A DNA stretch of 64,000 nucleotides. It comes from an uncultured Marinoscillum sp. (GTDB lineage Bacteria > Bacteroidota > Bacteroidia > Cytophagales > MED-G16). Each line of letters opens with the position of its first letter. The stretch's first letter is position 1. This document shows, one piece after another, positions 63,193-64,000 of the stretch. The DNA lies in NCBI GenBank assembly GCA_902626505.1, contig CACOFQ010000001.1:5471-69470 (forward strand), in the 5' to 3' direction. Position numbers and translations under genes: made by a program. The notes below the pieces were generated by a model. That model was not told the DNA's origin, made no database searches, and worked only from the letters and a program-made list of their open reading frames with translations.

Positions 63193-63747
63193 ATGTCTAG
63201 AGTAGGTTTAAATCCAGTTTCAATTCCAGAGGGTGTAACAGTTAATGTTAGTGGATCAAATATTAACATAAAAGGGCCAAAAGGAGAATTAAATCAAAGT
63301 ATTGATTCTGATTTTAAAATCAAAATCGATAATAATATTTTAACTATAGCTAGGCCATCAGAACAAAAGAGACACAAATCCCTTCATGGTCTCTACAGAG
63401 CATTAATTTTTAATTGTGTTCACGGCGTTTCTGAAGGATATGAACTTAAATTAGAACTTGTAGGGGTTGGTTACAAAGCAACAAACCAAGGAAATTTATT
63501 AAACCTAACTCTAGGGTATTCTCATAATATTTACTTTCAGGTTCCTGAAGAAATCAAAGTTTCTACTGAGACGGAGAAGGGAAAACCACCTGTTATAACT
63601 TTAAATGGTATTGATAAGCAGTTAATTGGTCAAATTGCTGCTAAACTTAAATCACTGAGACCTGTTGAACCATATAAAGGAAAAGGAATAAAATTTGTCG
63701 GTGAATATGTAAGAAGAAAAGTTGGTAAAACAGCAGCTGCCGCTTAA
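63193..63747 (+). CDS. rplF: 50S ribosomal protein L6
   Basis: MSRVG..PV.IPEGV.V.......I.IKGPKGEL and PEPYKGKGI.F.GE.VRRK.GKT. Confidence 0.97.
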   Translation: MSRVGLNPVSIPEGVTVNVSGSNINIKGPKGELNQSIDSDFKIKIDNNILTIARPSEQKRHKSLHGLYRALIFNCVHGVSEGYELKLELVGVGYKATNQGNLLNLTLGYSHNIYFQVPEEIKVSTETEKGKPPVITLNGIDKQLIGQIAAKLKSLRPVEPYKGKGIKFVGEYVRRKVGKTAAAA

Positions 63748-63761
63748 TTTATAATATAATT

Positions 63762-64000
63762 ATGAGTATAAATAAAGAAAAAAGAAGACTTAAAATTAGA
63801 AAAAATATCAGATCAAAAATTTTTGGAACTGGTGAAAGACCAAGAGTGTCTATATTCAAAAGTAATAAAGCTATATACTCTCAGATAATTGATGATTTAA
63901 GTGGAAATACTATAGTATCATGTTCATCAGTTGAAATTAAAAAATTTGGTAAAAATAATATTGAATCTTCCAAAGAAGTAGGATTGAAACTAGCAGAAAA
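63762..64000 (+). CDS. rplR: 50S ribosomal protein L18 (partial, continues beyond the window)
   Basis: The ATG at 63762 gives MSINKEKRRLKIRKNIRSKIFGTGERPRVSIFKSNKAIYSQIIDD, a typical L18 N-terminus located after rplF. Confidence 0.93.
   Translation, partial: MSINKEKRRLKIRKNIRSKIFGTGERPRVSIFKSNKAIYSQIIDDLSGNTIVSCSSVEIKKFGKNNIESSKEVGLKLAE

Overview
By eye this window is very AT-rich and extremely gene-dense, and it looks like a Bacteroidota chromosome segment of the Flavobacteriia type. The lineage markers are a SusC/SusD pair, a T9SS C-terminal sorting domain, TTTG-N19-TAnnTTTG promoters and DUF3467 after rpoC. Most of it is core housekeeping. Genes present, in order: recR (partial), clpC, fabG, lpd, sucD, lepA, folD, queE, ftsH, rsfS, birA, gmk, nadD, frr and pyrH. 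These are followed by the classical block tRNA-Tyr/Gly/Thr, tuf, tRNA-Trp, secE, nusG, rplKAJL, rpoBC, rpsL, rpsG, fusA and rpsJ, and then the S10/spc ribosomal genes up to a partial rplR. I found no transposase, integrase, CRISPR array, rRNA or recognisable defence genes. Four things deserve a second look. (1) A 3.2 kb secreted GH5 + 3xCBM6 + T9SS glycanase gene sits exactly between rpsJ and rplC, with a new promoter in front of rplC. (2) A translationally coupled cassette (RPE-like barrel fused to a CBS pair, then a DAHP-synthase-type aldolase, then a KdsC-type phosphatase) mirrors the logic of KpsF-KdsA-KdsC with different parts. (3) A SusC/SusD/lipoprotein trio forms a sharp compositional island that uses ribosomal-type codons and has no adjacent enzyme or regulator. 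(4) That trio is preceded by the longest non-coding stretch in the window, 277 bp carrying mutually exclusive hairpins and four TGTCAT/ATGACA motifs. All functional calls come from reading the translated ORFs for family motifs. No database search was run.
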